The notes under the pieces are model-generated. The model saw only the letters and a list, made by a program, of their open reading frames with translations. It was not told the DNA's origin and ran no database searches. Below are positions 51,993 through 64,000 of a stretch of 64,000 nucleotides of DNA, one piece after another; position 1 is the first letter of the stretch, and every line of letters begins with the position of its first letter. The translations under genes and the position numbers were made by a program. This DNA is from Gammaproteobacteria bacterium (GTDB lineage Bacteria > Pseudomonadota > Gammaproteobacteria > Ga0077536), in the NCBI GenBank assembly GCA_963662545.2, contig CAXXLL010000003.1:1696001-1760000 (forward strand), read 5' to 3'.

Positions 51993-53342
51993 TCACTTGC
52001 CTATGCAGAAACGGGAAAATATCTCGCCCAGCATATCCTCCGTCGAATACGCACCGGAAATCTCGCTTAAATACCGCGCGGCACGTCGGTAACATTCCGC
52101 CGCTATCTCCGGTGCGTCGTTTAGCATTTGCCGATTCACGCGGTCTAATTCCGCCGAGGCCGCGGCAAGCGCCGCGAGGTGCCGTTCGCGGGCTACAAAC
52201 TCGTTCTCCTCGATTTGTCCCAAACCGATATCGTCGAGGATGGCCTGGCTCAGATAATCGAGTCCGCTCGGAACACGCGCGGAGACAAATACGTGGGTCG
52301 TTCCGGAGATCTCTTTGACCCCCGGCTCCAGTCCGAGGATGTCGATCTTGTTATGCACGACGAAAACCGATTTGTCTTCGAAGTCGTCCAGGTTTTCTTG
52401 GGCCAACAACTCATGGGTCGAAATGACCTCTGCAGTATCGGTCATCATCAACACGATGTCGGCGTCCCGCATGATCCTCATCGCGCGATCGATGCCTTCA
52501 CGTTCGATCGGATTGTCGGATTCCCGTAAGCCCGCGGTGTCGTACAGACGTATCGGCACGTCGCGTATCAGAATGTCACACTCTATGACGTCGCGAGTCG
52601 TACCGGGCAGCTCGCTGACGATAGCCTTGTCTTCACCGGAGATGGTATTCATCAATGTCGATTTACCAACGTTCGGCGGCCCAACGATAGCCACTGCGGC
52701 ACCGGTATTCAGCTTCGCCCCCTGTCTTCCGGCTGCCCCCAGCTTGTGCAGGGTTTCACAAATGGAGGTCACTTCAGCGATTTGATCTTCGACCATACGG
52801 GCGGGCGCAATGTCTTCAGGAAAATCGATGGATGCTTCGAGTTGGGCGCGAGCAAGGTGAAGCCTGTCGATCAGTGCGTTCGTACGCCGGGAAAATTCTC
52901 CGCGCATCGTCCGTAACGCCGAACGCGCTGCGCGTACCGATCGTGAATTGATCAAATCGGCGATCGCCTCCGCCTGAGCGAGATCCATCTTGCCGTGCCG
53001 GAAAGCGCGTTCGGTGAATTCGCCCGGACGGGCAGGCCGCACACCCTGAGCGCAGATCGCTTCGAAAAGAAGCTGGAGTACGACGAGGCTTCCGTGAGCA
53101 TGAAACTCAGCGACGTCTTCTCCGGTGAACGACCGCGGTGCGGCAAAGCGAACCACGATTCCACGATCGATAATTTCACCGGATTTGTTTCTGAAGTCGC
53201 GAAGACTTGCTTGACGCGGCTTCGTGATCCCGCCGGTGATCTTTTCCACGACATGGCGTGTCAAGGCGCCGGAAACGCGAACGATACCGATACCGCTACG
53301 ACCAGGCGGCGTCGATATTGCGACGATCGTGTCATCCGCCAT
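51993..53342 (-). CDS. mnmE: tRNA modification GTPase MnmE
   Basis: PRSFTGED, GPPNVGKS, PGTTRD, DTAG, IFSRFCIGK. Confidence 0.97.
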   Translation of the reverse strand: MADDTIVAISTPPGRSGIGIVRVSGALTRHVVEKITGGITKPRQASLRDFRNKSGEIIDRGIVVRFAAPRSFTGEDVAEFHAHGSLVVLQLLFEAICAQGVRPARPGEFTERAFRHGKMDLAQAEAIADLINSRSVRAARSALRTMRGEFSRRTNALIDRLHLARAQLEASIDFPEDIAPARMVEDQIAEVTSICETLHKLGAAGRQGAKLNTGAAVAIVGPPNVGKSTLMNTISGEDKAIVSELPGTTRDVIECDILIRDVPIRLYDTAGLRESDNPIEREGIDRAMRIMRDADIVLMMTDTAEVISTHELLAQENLDDFEDKSVFVVHNKIDILGLEPGVKEISGTTHVFVSARVPSGLDYLSQAILDDIGLGQIEENEFVARERHLAALAAASAELDRVNRQMLNDAPEIAAECYRRAARYLSEISGAYSTEDMLGEIFSRFCIGK

Positions 53343-53344
53343 TG

Positions 53345-53606
53345 CTAGAACCTATCTCAAAATTATCCGCATGTGGGTTGTGCGTGGGCGCGCGATGGCG
53401 AGGCGCAGGGCTGAGTTCCGCTATGTACAAGCGCTGCAACGAAGCCAGCGTGCTTTCAGGCCGCAATCCGGGCCTGAGGCGATTTTCGGGCATTTCGGCG
53501 TTGCTCGTCGCTCGTTTAGCTGATGCTTTGCCACGCTCATCGCGCCTTGATACTCGGCGAAAATCGCTCCCGGCGCACACGCGGATAATTTTGAGATAGG
53601 TGCTAG
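53345..53606. repeat. MITE-like element, family C (262 bp)
   Basis: 31-bp IR CTAG(A/C)ACCTATCTCAAAATTATCCGC(A/G)TGTG with 2 mismatches. Confidence 0.88.
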
Positions 53607-53622
53607 TAGATTAAAGCTACCC

Positions 53623-55290
53623 CTATTCGCGTTCGATTATTCGCGTGATGCGCCATTGCTGCGCGATGGAAAGAATATTATTCACCAACCAGTAAAGCAC
53701 GAGTCCCGAGGGGAAGAACGCAAAGAATACGGTGAAGACGAACGGCAGTATCTGCATGACCTTGGCCTGGGTCGGATCCAACGGCGCCGGATTGAGTTTT
53801 TGCTGCAGCCACATGCTGATCCCCATCAGCAAGGGAAGGACGAAAAACGGGTCCTTCTCGGACAGGTCATGGATCCAGAGTATGAAAGGCGCCTGGCGGA
53901 TCTCAACGCTTTCGAGCAGCACCCAATATAGCGAGATGAAAACGGGTATCTGGATGAGGATGGGAAAACATCCTCCCAGCGGGTTTATCTTTTCTTCCTT
54001 GTACAGCTTCATCATCGCCTGGTTTAACTGCGCTTTGTCATCCGCGAAGCGGTCGCGCAAAGCGATTAAACGCGGCTGTACCTTGCGCATGTTCGCCATT
54101 GAACGATAACCGGCCGCCGATAGTGGGTAGAAAAAAATCTTCAGAATCAAGGTGAGTATGATGATTCCCCAGCCCCAGTTGCCCGTAAGACCGTGAATGT
54201 ATTCGAGTACGACAAACAGGGGTTTGGCGATAAACCACAACACGCCGTAATCGACGGATAGTTCAAGTCCGGGTGTGATCTGCTCGATGATATCGTGGCG
54301 CTTAGGCCCGATATACGTGGTACTCCGCAGTGTTTCCGTTGCCCCGGATGCGATTTCCGCAGGTGGGCTTACGAATCCAACAAGGTAGCGGCTGCCCGGT
54401 AAAATTTTCGAGTAATACTGGTAGGAAACGTTCTTTGGTGGGATCAGCGCTGCTATGAAGTAGTGTTGCATCACACCGATCCACGCATCATTCGCCGCCT
54501 TGTCAATCGGTGAATCTTCGAGATCATCGTAGTCGAATTTCTCGAAACGTTTTTCTGGCGTTGATAAGGCCGCACCGGTAAAGGTATAAACCATTCCATC
54601 TCGTCCGGACACGTCCGAACGTTGTAATTGTTCGTATTGGTAAACGCGCCAAGATTCATCGCTACCGTTGTGCAATTCGTATTCCACTTCGATGAGATAA
54701 CTACCGCGTTTGAATTTAAATCGCTTTACTACTTCGTGTCCTTTAGCATCACTCCAGGCCAAGCTTACGACCAACTCATCATCAGTTTCGTCCAGACGGT
54801 GATACGTTTCATCGATTGAATAATGAACGTGATGATTCGGCGCCGCCTCGGTACCGGCAAGTCCTCCCTGGTAAATAAATGTGTTTTCCGGCGTTTCTGT
54901 CAGTAGTTCCACCGGCTTGTCGCGCGCGGTCGCACGGATTGGATAGGCGAGCAGCGCAACGCGGGTGATGGTGCCACCGACAGATGAGATATCCATCGAT
55001 AAGAGGTCGGTTTCAACAACGATGATCCTAGGTATTTCGCCGGAAGATTCGTCCGCTTCATCGACGGCTATTTCGGATAGTGTCGTCGATTCAGCGGTCT
55101 CGGCTGTCGGCGCCCGGGTATCGAGAGTCGGCACTTCGGCGGCGGCCGGGGGTGCGTCCGCTGGGAGGTCGTCGGCAACTGCCGTTGCCGAAACGCTTTC
55201 GTTTACGCCATAGTCTTTCTGCCATGCTTCCCAAAGAAGCAGAGAAATAAACGCCAGAGCGACAGCGAGCAAAAGTCGGACGTTATCCAT
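53623..55290 (-). CDS. yidC: Membrane protein insertase YidC
   Basis: VDYGVLWFI, NWGWGII, KINPLGGCFPILIQIPVF, LYWLVNN. Confidence 0.97.
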   Translation of the reverse strand: MDNVRLLLAVALAFISLLLWEAWQKDYGVNESVSATAVADDLPADAPPAAAEVPTLDTRAPTAETAESTTLSEIAVDEADESSGEIPRIIVVETDLLSMDISSVGGTITRVALLAYPIRATARDKPVELLTETPENTFIYQGGLAGTEAAPNHHVHYSIDETYHRLDETDDELVVSLAWSDAKGHEVVKRFKFKRGSYLIEVEYELHNGSDESWRVYQYEQLQRSDVSGRDGMVYTFTGAALSTPEKRFEKFDYDDLEDSPIDKAANDAWIGVMQHYFIAALIPPKNVSYQYYSKILPGSRYLVGFVSPPAEIASGATETLRSTTYIGPKRHDIIEQITPGLELSVDYGVLWFIAKPLFVVLEYIHGLTGNWGWGIIILTLILKIFFYPLSAAGYRSMANMRKVQPRLIALRDRFADDKAQLNQAMMKLYKEEKINPLGGCFPILIQIPVFISLYWVLLESVEIRQAPFILWIHDLSEKDPFFVLPLLMGISMWLQQKLNPAPLDPTQAKVMQILPFVFTVFFAFFPSGLVLYWLVNNILSIAQQWRITRIIERE

Positions 55291-55369
55291 AAATCCTAGG
55301 AGCAGTGTTCAAAAACGGCGTCGCGGGAAGCTGGGGTATTAAGCGATTTTTATCGCCTGAATCGATTGA

Positions 55370-55744
55370 TCAATATTCCATCAACTCAGCGAATAACGCC
55401 GCGCTTGCTTCGTTTAATCGCTTGTTTGACAGCATAACGCATGCGGGTTTAGCCAGGACGACGATGTCGATCGGTGGTAGCGCTGCTGCATGACGCCGAA
55501 AAGCCTCCCTCAACGAGCGCTTGATAAAATTTCGGCGCGTCGCTTTACCAACGACACGTCGACCGATGGCGATTCCGAGTCGCGCGAACCCCAAACGTGT
55601 CGTACGGCAATAGACGGAAAAATACGCACTGTCCCGCCAACGGCCCGTACGCAAGGTACGGGTAAAGGCTTCGCTGTTATTGAGGCGGTATTCGCGCCGA
55701 AACTTCGTCGACGCGTTTCCGATTCCGGTGGTGTGGGCCGTCAG
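55370..55744 (-). CDS. rnpA: Ribonuclease P protein component (start codon uncertain)
   Basis: [23 protein letters not shown] (RNR-like motif), DIVV. Confidence 0.88.
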   Translation of the reverse strand: MTAHTTGIGNASTKFRREYRLNNSEAFTRTLRTGRWRDSAYFSVYCRTTRLGFARLGIAIGRRVVGKATRRNFIKRSLREAFRRHAAALPPIDIVVLAKPACVMLSNKRLNEASAALFAELMEY

Positions 55745-55875
55745 GGAGCCAGGCGCGCCCGGCCGCGCGCGCGACGGGCCTTGATGATTCGTCGTCCGGC
55801 CTTGGTTTTCATCCGCGCTCGAAAACCATGCTTGCGTGCGCGTTTTAATCGTCCGGGTTGAAATGTTCTTTTCAT
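55741..55875 (-). CDS. rpmH: 50S ribosomal protein L34
   Basis: Manual translation [44 protein letters not shown]. Confidence 0.97.
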   Translation of the reverse strand: MKRTFQPGRLKRARKHGFRARMKTKAGRRIIKARRARGRARLAP

Positions 55876-56011
55876 AATTCAACGATCGCCGCTTTTGCCG
55901 TCTGCCCGTGACTCACCTACGTTTAGAGCCCTCGAAAAAGGCGTGCGATAGTAGGCTATCGCGTAGAAAATTGTCAATCTTTTTGAGCGTTTAGAGCGAC
56001 CAGCAGCACCT

Positions 56012-56020
56012 TGTGGATAA
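56012..56020. promoter_or_regulatory. DnaA box upstream of dnaA
   Basis: TGTGGATAA = reverse complement of TTATCCACA. Confidence 0.85.
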
Positions 56021-56087
56021 GTAGGGACATCGCGTATACACTCGCCACAGACTCACCCCCATAACACTAACGACAGAACCAATAAGC

Positions 56088-57428
56088 GTGCATATTTCTC
56101 TTTGGCAACAATGCCTGAGGCAGCTCGAAAACGAGTTATCGCCACAACAATACAACACCTGGATCCGCCCCTTACAGGCGGTTGAAGAAGGCGAGAGGCT
56201 GGAAATTCTGGCCCCCAACCGGTTCGTACTCGACTGGATACGCGATAAATATCACGCGCGGATCCAATCGATCCTCGATGGCCTGTCACCATCGCGCACG
56301 GTGCCGCTATCGATCGGTGTTGGGAGCCTGCCGTCCACCGGCAAAAATAACCCGCCTAGCCCTCGGGCAATCGTCGATCAACGCGCCCAGGAACCAGCAG
56401 CCAAACGATCCAGTGGTCTCAAGGCAGACTTCACTTTCGACTCGTTCGTCGAGGGCAAATCCAATCAGCTCGCGCGCGCTGCCTCTCTGCAAATCTCTGA
56501 AAACGCAGGGAAAGCTTACAATCCTTTGTTTATCTGCGGCGGCGTCGGTCTGGGTAAAACCCACCTGATGCACGCGGTCGGGAACCTCATACTGGAAAAC
56601 CGTCCGGCAGCCAAGGTCGTTTATCTGCATTCGGAACGTTTCGTCGCCGATATGGTTAAAGCACTGCAGCACAACGTCATCAACGATTTCAAACGGTTCT
56701 ACCGTTCGGTCGATGCCCTGCTCATCGACGACATCCAGTTTTTTGCCGGGAAGGAACGGTCTCAGGAGGAATTTTTTCACACATTCAATGCATTACTGGA
56801 AGGCGAACATCAAATCGTCTTAACCTGCGATCGCTACCCCAAGGAAGTCTCAGGGGTTGAAGAACGTTTGAAATCGCGATTCGGTTGGGGCTTGACCGTG
56901 GCCATCGAGCCGGCGGAGCTCGAAACACGAGTAGCCATTCTCATGACTAAGGCCCAGCAAAGTCAGATTGACCTTCCTCACGAAGTCGCCTTCTTCATCG
57001 GCAAACGCTTTCGTTCAAACATCCGAGAACTCGAAGGGGCCTTGCACCGCGTGGTCGCTAACTCCCACTTCACCGGTAAACCGATCACCTTGGAATTCGC
57101 CAAGGAAGCGCTACGTGATTTACTCGCCTTGCAGGACCGTCTGATCACAATGGAAAACATCCAAAAAACGGTTGCTGAATATTACAAGATCCGCGTTGCG
57201 GACCTGTTGTCGAAGCGACGTAACCGTTCGATCGCACGTCCGCGGCAAGTCGCCATGGCCTTGTCAAAGGACCTGACTAATCACAGCTTGCCGGAAATTG
57301 GGGATGCCTTTGGAGGACGCGATCACACGACGGTCATTCACGCCTGTCGCAAGGTCGCCGAATTAAAATCCAGTGATCCGAGGGTGCAAGAAGATTTCGC
57401 GAATCTGGAAAGAATACTCACAACCTGA
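56088..57428 (+). CDS. dnaA: Chromosomal replication initiator DnaA
   Basis: [33 protein letters not shown]. Confidence 0.98.
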   Translation: MHISLWQQCLRQLENELSPQQYNTWIRPLQAVEEGERLEILAPNRFVLDWIRDKYHARIQSILDGLSPSRTVPLSIGVGSLPSTGKNNPPSPRAIVDQRAQEPAAKRSSGLKADFTFDSFVEGKSNQLARAASLQISENAGKAYNPLFICGGVGLGKTHLMHAVGNLILENRPAAKVVYLHSERFVADMVKALQHNVINDFKRFYRSVDALLIDDIQFFAGKERSQEEFFHTFNALLEGEHQIVLTCDRYPKEVSGVEERLKSRFGWGLTVAIEPAELETRVAILMTKAQQSQIDLPHEVAFFIGKRFRSNIRELEGALHRVVANSHFTGKPITLEFAKEALRDLLALQDRLITMENIQKTVAEYYKIRVADLLSKRRNRSIARPRQVAMALSKDLTNHSLPEIGDAFGGRDHTTVIHACRKVAELKSSDPRVQEDFANLERILTT

Positions 57429-57604
57429 GGACTTACACCGGATCACGTTGTGGATAAAAAGCAAGCCGGAAATCCGACGAAATAATACAGCGCTTATGCA
57501 CAGAATATGCCGTGTAATTAAGACATAAAATGCGACGCAAGTAGTTGAATTTAAGATAAAATAAAGAAGTCCCCGTAAACTTCCAGTCTAATAATAGTTA
57601 CAAC
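57429..57604. other. Putative oriC element (dnaA-dnaN intergenic)
   Basis: DnaA boxes TGTGGATAA (57449-57457) and TTATGCACA (57494-57502), AT-rich tract, TAATAATAG trio-like repeat (57589-57597). Confidence 0.7.
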
Positions 57605-58705
57605 ATGAAGATAGAAGTTAACAGAGAAGATCTATTACCGGTATTACAAGCAACGAATAACGTTGTAGAACGACGGCAAACACTGCCGATCTTGAGCAAT
57701 TTGCTCATTACGGCAGAAAATGATCCGATACAGATCACGGCGACCGACATGGAAGTCGAATTGATCTGTGAACTTGCCAACGCACCCGTCGCCGGCGGTA
57801 GCATAGCCGTTCCGGCTCGCAAACTATTTGATATCTGTCGTGCGCTTCCGCCTGACGCGAGGATGACTATCGAGAGTACGGATAGCAAGATCAAGGTTTC
57901 TTCGGGACGAAGCCGGTTTACTCTTACCGCGATGAATGCGCAGGAATTCCCGAGCATCGGTGCTTTCGATGCATTCGATGAGTTTGAAATTGCGGCGAGC
58001 ACCTTGACCGATCTTCTGGAGAGCACGCATTTCGCTATGGCTCACCAGGACGTACGTTATTACCTGAATGGGCTTTTACTGGAGCTGGAGGGCAATCATA
58101 TTCGGGCCGTCGCAACCGACGGACACCGTCTTGCACTGACTGATTTGGCGATCGAGCACGATGCGGATACGAGCCGGCAGATTATTATTCCCCGCAAAGG
58201 TGTGCTTGAGATCATGCGTTTATTGAATACTGCCGGTGATACGGTTCGGCTCCGGCTCGGGGAGAATCATCTGCAGATCACGGTTGAAGGACAGTCCTTG
58301 ACGACCAAACTGGTCGATGGCCGGTTCCCAGACTACGAGCGCGTGCTGCCACGGGAGACCGATAATCAGGTCATTGCAGACCGTGAATTATTGCGCTCGG
58401 GTTTAAGTCGCGCGTCTATCCTTTCGAACGAGAAATTCAGAGGTATCCATCTGAAATTTAAGAAGGATTTGTTAATTGCAATCGCTCACAACCCGGAACA
58501 GGAAGAAGCGGAAGAGGAAATAGAGATCGATTACGGTGGCGATCAGATCGAAGTGGGATTCAACGTGTCCTACCTGCTCGATGTGCTCGGAGTCATGCGG
58601 ACAGAAACGGTTCGCCTGGACTTGATCGACGCGAACAGTTCCTGCCTTTTGCGTGATCCCGAAAACGATAGTTCGCGCTACGTCGTGATGCCGATGCGAT
58701 TGTGA
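57605..58705 (+). CDS. dnaN: DNA polymerase III beta clamp
   Basis: RQTLPILSN, QDVRYYLNG, ATDGHRL, YVVMPMRL. Confidence 0.98.
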   Translation: MKIEVNREDLLPVLQATNNVVERRQTLPILSNLLITAENDPIQITATDMEVELICELANAPVAGGSIAVPARKLFDICRALPPDARMTIESTDSKIKVSSGRSRFTLTAMNAQEFPSIGAFDAFDEFEIAASTLTDLLESTHFAMAHQDVRYYLNGLLLELEGNHIRAVATDGHRLALTDLAIEHDADTSRQIIIPRKGVLEIMRLLNTAGDTVRLRLGENHLQITVEGQSLTTKLVDGRFPDYERVLPRETDNQVIADRELLRSGLSRASILSNEKFRGIHLKFKKDLLIAIAHNPEQEEAEEEIEIDYGGDQIEVGFNVSYLLDVLGVMRTETVRLDLIDANSSCLLRDPENDSSRYVVMPMRL

Positions 58706-58736
58706 TGCGGATATCACCGCGATAGCGCTGCGGTTC

Positions 58737-58795
58737 CTAGCAGCCCGCGCTCGCAATCGCCTCGCTACGATTCCCTAAGTCCGACAGGCTGCTAG
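58737..58795. repeat. MITE-like element, family A (internally deleted copy)
   Basis: CTAGCAGCC...CGATTCCCTAAGTCCGACAGGCTGCTAG matches both ends of 17094-17260. Confidence 0.8.
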
Positions 58796-58801
58796 TCAAA
58801 T

Positions 58802-59878
58802 ATGTGGTTCGATTCGATACGCGTTTCGAATGTGAGATGTTTTGAATCACTTGAATACTGGCCACGAGTCGGCTGCAACCTCGTATGCGGGGCCAATGCC
58901 AGCGGGAAAACCAGCCTGCTGGAGGCGATCGCTATCGCAAGTTTTGGAAAGTCGTTCCTGACGAATCGAACTTCCGATGTCGTTCGTACGGGTACGCAGG
59001 CCTTGTCCGTGCGGGCGGTAATCGCATCGAGCGAAGGTGTCCATTCACAGGTCGTCGTACGAAAGGAGCAGGGCGAGACTCGGATATTGGCGGACGGACA
59101 ATTGTTGGCTGCAGCCTCGCTACTGGCGCAACGCATCCCTATGCTCGTCATTAATTCCAAGGCACCGGATTTATTGACGGCGAGTCCCAGCAACCGCCGT
59201 GCCTTGATCGACCGTACGATGTTCCACGTGGAACCTAATTATGTGCATACCTGGAAACGCTATCGGCAGACCCTACAACAGCGGAATAGGCTGTTACGAC
59301 GCCACGGTGGCCACCAAGAAGCGGATTATTGGGATCGGCGATTGGCCGAGTATGCCGAAGCGATCGACCTGGAACGCAGAGTGGTTATCGAAACGGTGAA
59401 CCGTTCATTGGCGCAGTGCGATCTCTTTCCGACTCTCGGCACACTTTCATTCGAATATCGTCCGGGATGGTCGCGCAGCCGGCCGCTGATTGACCAGTTG
59501 AAGACCGCTTGGGTGCGTGACAGACAGTTGGGGTATACCACGATCGGTGCCCACCGCGCGGACATGTCTTTACGCGGTGCGGGCGTGGCCATCAGTAAGC
59601 TTTTATCGCGAGGACAAGGCAAGGCCATCGTCTGCACAGTGGTGGCCGCATTGGCCGAATTCATCCGGCGGCGTACTGGGCGAGCGCCTGTGCTGCTCAT
59701 TGACGATCTCGCGGCAGAACTCGATGATCGGATACGGTGTGCACTTGTGGATATGATCAACGGGATCGAAGGACAGCGGATTTATACGGCGATCAGTCCG
59801 TCTAACCTACCCGAGATAGCGGACATTGTGCCCGACGTGTTCCACGTGGAACATCACAAGAGGGTCGTGACGGCCTAA
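58802..59878 (+). CDS. recF: DNA replication/repair protein RecF
   Basis: GANASGKTSLLEAI, GAHRAD, LSRGQGK, LLIDDLAAELD. Confidence 0.96.
   Translation: MWFDSIRVSNVRCFESLEYWPRVGCNLVCGANASGKTSLLEAIAIASFGKSFLTNRTSDVVRTGTQALSVRAVIASSEGVHSQVVVRKEQGETRILADGQLLAAASLLAQRIPMLVINSKAPDLLTASPSNRRALIDRTMFHVEPNYVHTWKRYRQTLQQRNRLLRRHGGHQEADYWDRRLAEYAEAIDLERRVVIETVNRSLAQCDLFPTLGTLSFEYRPGWSRSRPLIDQLKTAWVRDRQLGYTTIGAHRADMSLRGAGVAISKLLSRGQGKAIVCTVVAALAEFIRRRTGRAPVLLIDDLAAELDDRIRCALVDMINGIEGQRIYTAISPSNLPEIADIVPDVFHVEHHKRVVTA
59220..59235. promoter_or_regulatory. parS site (within recF)
   Basis: TGTTCCACGTGGAACC, near-perfect parS palindrome. Confidence 0.85.
59838..59853. promoter_or_regulatory. parS site (within recF)
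   Basis: TGTTCCACGTGGAACA, perfect palindrome. Confidence 0.88.
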
Positions 59879-62290
<2,412 letters not shown>

Positions 62291-62337
62291 ATACATGGCT
62301 TGGCTTTAAAACCCAGCTCCCAAAACCAATCGCAACG

Positions 62338-62412
62338 AACCACGGAGAACACATCACAAAGAACACAAAGAAAAACGGCATTATTTTTCTTCCCTTTTTG
62401 TTCTCCGTGGTT
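62338..62412. repeat. 14-bp inverted repeat between convergent gyrB and comF
   Basis: AACCACGGAGAACA ... TGTTCTCCGTGGTT. Confidence 0.6.
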
Positions 62413-62482
62413 TCATTACGTCGCGCCGGAGCTCGTCTGCGCAGCCGTTCAACCCCGCTGAATCCTTACCTATGCCGCCGAA

Positions 62483-63178
62483 TTAGCGAAGAGGATGCGC
62501 TGCCGCGGCGGCCATCGCATAAATGCGAGCAGCGCCGCCTCGTTTTAGAACACCGGCAACGGCCGCCAGGGTTGCGCCGGTGGTCACCACGTCGTCGACT
62601 AGCAATATCGTCTCTCCACGGACCGGCCTGACCACGGTGAATGCACCACGTACATTTGCGGTCCTTGCCGCTGCCGGCAGGGATGACTGCGGTGGGCCTG
62701 AGCGATCGCGCTGCACGCGATCCGCCGACAGGGGAATATCAACAAGCGCCAAGAGGGGCCGAGCGAGTTCCACCGCTTGATTGAACCCACGACCGGTATA
62801 GCGTAGCGCCGACAGCGGAATAGGAACGATACGGCCCACCTGAGGTAAGTAATTACTTACTTCGTTGCAGGTTACACAGGCTAAGGTGCGCATAGCGGCG
62901 AGATCGCGATGGAATTTCGCGCGTTGAATCAGGCGATCCCACGGAAAGGCATAGTGAAACGGCACGAACGTCTCATCGATATATGCGATTTTTTGAGCGA
63001 GTACCACGGTATTGCGGCGCGGGAGATCGGCGGCACAGCTTGAGCAAAGACCGCAAGGTTCCGAGGTCGCGTCACACAGCCAGCACCGCCCTGTCCACAC
63101 AAAGCCGGCCAGCCAGGTTTGTGTGTTGTACACTTCTGCGGGTTTGAATAAAGTTGACCGCCGCTTCGAAGCCCGCAT
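62483..63178 (-). CDS. comF: ComF family protein (start uncertain)
   Basis: CWLC...LCSSC, RGFNQA, LLVDDVVTTGATL; divergent from bioB. Confidence 0.92.
   Translation of the reverse strand: MRASKRRSTLFKPAEVYNTQTWLAGFVWTGRCWLCDATSEPCGLCSSCAADLPRRNTVVLAQKIAYIDETFVPFHYAFPWDRLIQRAKFHRDLAAMRTLACVTCNEVSNYLPQVGRIVPIPLSALRYTGRGFNQAVELARPLLALVDIPLSADRVQRDRSGPPQSSLPAAARTANVRGAFTVVRPVRGETILLVDDVVTTGATLAAVAGVLKRGGAARIYAMAAAAAHPLR
63126..63160. promoter_or_regulatory. Putative BirA operator
   Basis: TTGTACACTT-N15-AAGTTGACCG resembles TTGTAAACC-N15-GGTTTACAA; located in the comF/bioB divergon. Confidence 0.5.
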
Positions 63179-63421
63179 ATCTCACCCGCGTTCGTCGCGA
63201 GGTGGTTCAAGGGTGCGCCATGGCTGGCGTAACTCCGGGCGTCTTGCCCGCAGCCCTTGGAGCCAGCCTGGCGGCTGTTCAACTCCGCTCCCGGCGGACT
63301 TGTCGCGACCGAGGAACGCGCAGGCGTAGTCGATACTACGTTGAGCATTCCGACCGAGTGAACGCCAGTCAGGGCGTGCCATCGGGCCGCCGCCGCAGAA
63401 GGCTGGTGAGATATGCGGGCT
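63170..63421. repeat. MITE-like element, family D (252 bp)
   Basis: Perfect 17-bp IR AGCCCGCATATCTCACC / GGTGAGATATGCGGGCT. Confidence 0.82.
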
Positions 63422-63481
63422 AGCAGCCATGGGGCGTCCTCCGTGTCGCCATCTCTCGATCATTGATGAAAGGTTACGCCG

Positions 63482-64000
63482 ATGCAAACCCAGCCTACCG
63501 AACTGCCGTCTAGCCCCTTCTCGGAAGTGCGCCACGATTGGACCGCCGGCGAAGTCCTGGCACTGTTTAAGAGGCCGTTTAACGATGTCCTCTACGAAGC
63601 CCATTGCCTACATCGGGCGCATTTCGATCCCAATCGGATTCAGCTGAGCACGCTGCTCAATATCAAATCCGGTGGCTGCCCGGAGGACTGCGCCTACTGT
63701 CCGCAAAGCGTCCGTTACGAGACTCACGTCGAGGCTGCGCCGATGCTGGACGAAGCATCTGTATTGGCAGCGGCGCGCCGCGCAAAGGATGCGGGCGCGA
63801 CCCGCTTCTGCATGGGCGCCGCGTGGCGATCACCCAAGGACCGCGATCTCGATCAAGTCATCATACGGGTCAAAGGCGTGAAGGCACTCGGCTTGGAGAC
63901 CTGCGTGACGCTCGGTATGCTGAGCGCGCCCCAGGCCCGGCGCCTGAGCGCGGCCGGGCTCGATTACTACAACCATAACCTCGACACATCACCGGAATAT
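63482..64000 (+). CDS. bioB: Biotin synthase (partial, runs off the window's right edge)
   Basis: Manual translation ...RHDWT...[23 protein letters not shown]...RFCMGAAWR...YYNHNLDTS. Confidence 0.96.
   Translation, partial: MQTQPTELPSSPFSEVRHDWTAGEVLALFKRPFNDVLYEAHCLHRAHFDPNRIQLSTLLNIKSGGCPEDCAYCPQSVRYETHVEAAPMLDEASVLAAARRAKDAGATRFCMGAAWRSPKDRDLDQVIIRVKGVKALGLETCVTLGMLSAPQARRLSAAGLDYYNHNLDTSPEY

Overview
A GC-rich gammaproteobacterial chromosomal segment next to the replication origin. It is mostly housekeeping genes (lptE-leuS, typA-dtd, hemF, hisBH, purDH-fis-dusB-prmA-accCB-aroQ, dsbD-cutA-fxsA, ilvE, an LPS glycosyltransferase block, mnmE-yidC-rnpA-rpmH-dnaA-dnaN-recF-gyrB, comF/bioB), with DnaA boxes and two parS sites. 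Two accessory regions stand out. (1) An ~8 kb block at 5.46-13.7 kb lies between a truncated ppk1 and an IS-disrupted ppx. It holds a candidate ~997-aa selenoprotein (FG-GAP/CRTAC1 + ASPIC/UnbV + CxxC thioredoxin fold, one in-frame UGA followed by a SECIS-like hairpin). Next comes a RiPP-like modification operon (RRE-HExxH hydroxylase, YhhC-like 2OG-Fe(II) oxygenase, RRE-HprK-like kinase, exported protein) with no visible precursor peptide or radical SAM enzyme. (2) An integrase-less integron cassette array at 23.9-27.5 kb has an attI-like site, two complete and one truncated attC, a hypothetical gene, a ParE module with a broken antitoxin, and HigBA. The window also has four IS elements (ISNCY-like, IS4, IS481, ISL3), at least four families of short inverted-repeat elements (MITE-like, mostly CTAG-flanked) and several gene remnants (ppk1, ppx, glnE, a 2OG oxygenase), which together suggest ongoing genome erosion. 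All calls come from motif recognition by eye; no database searches were run.
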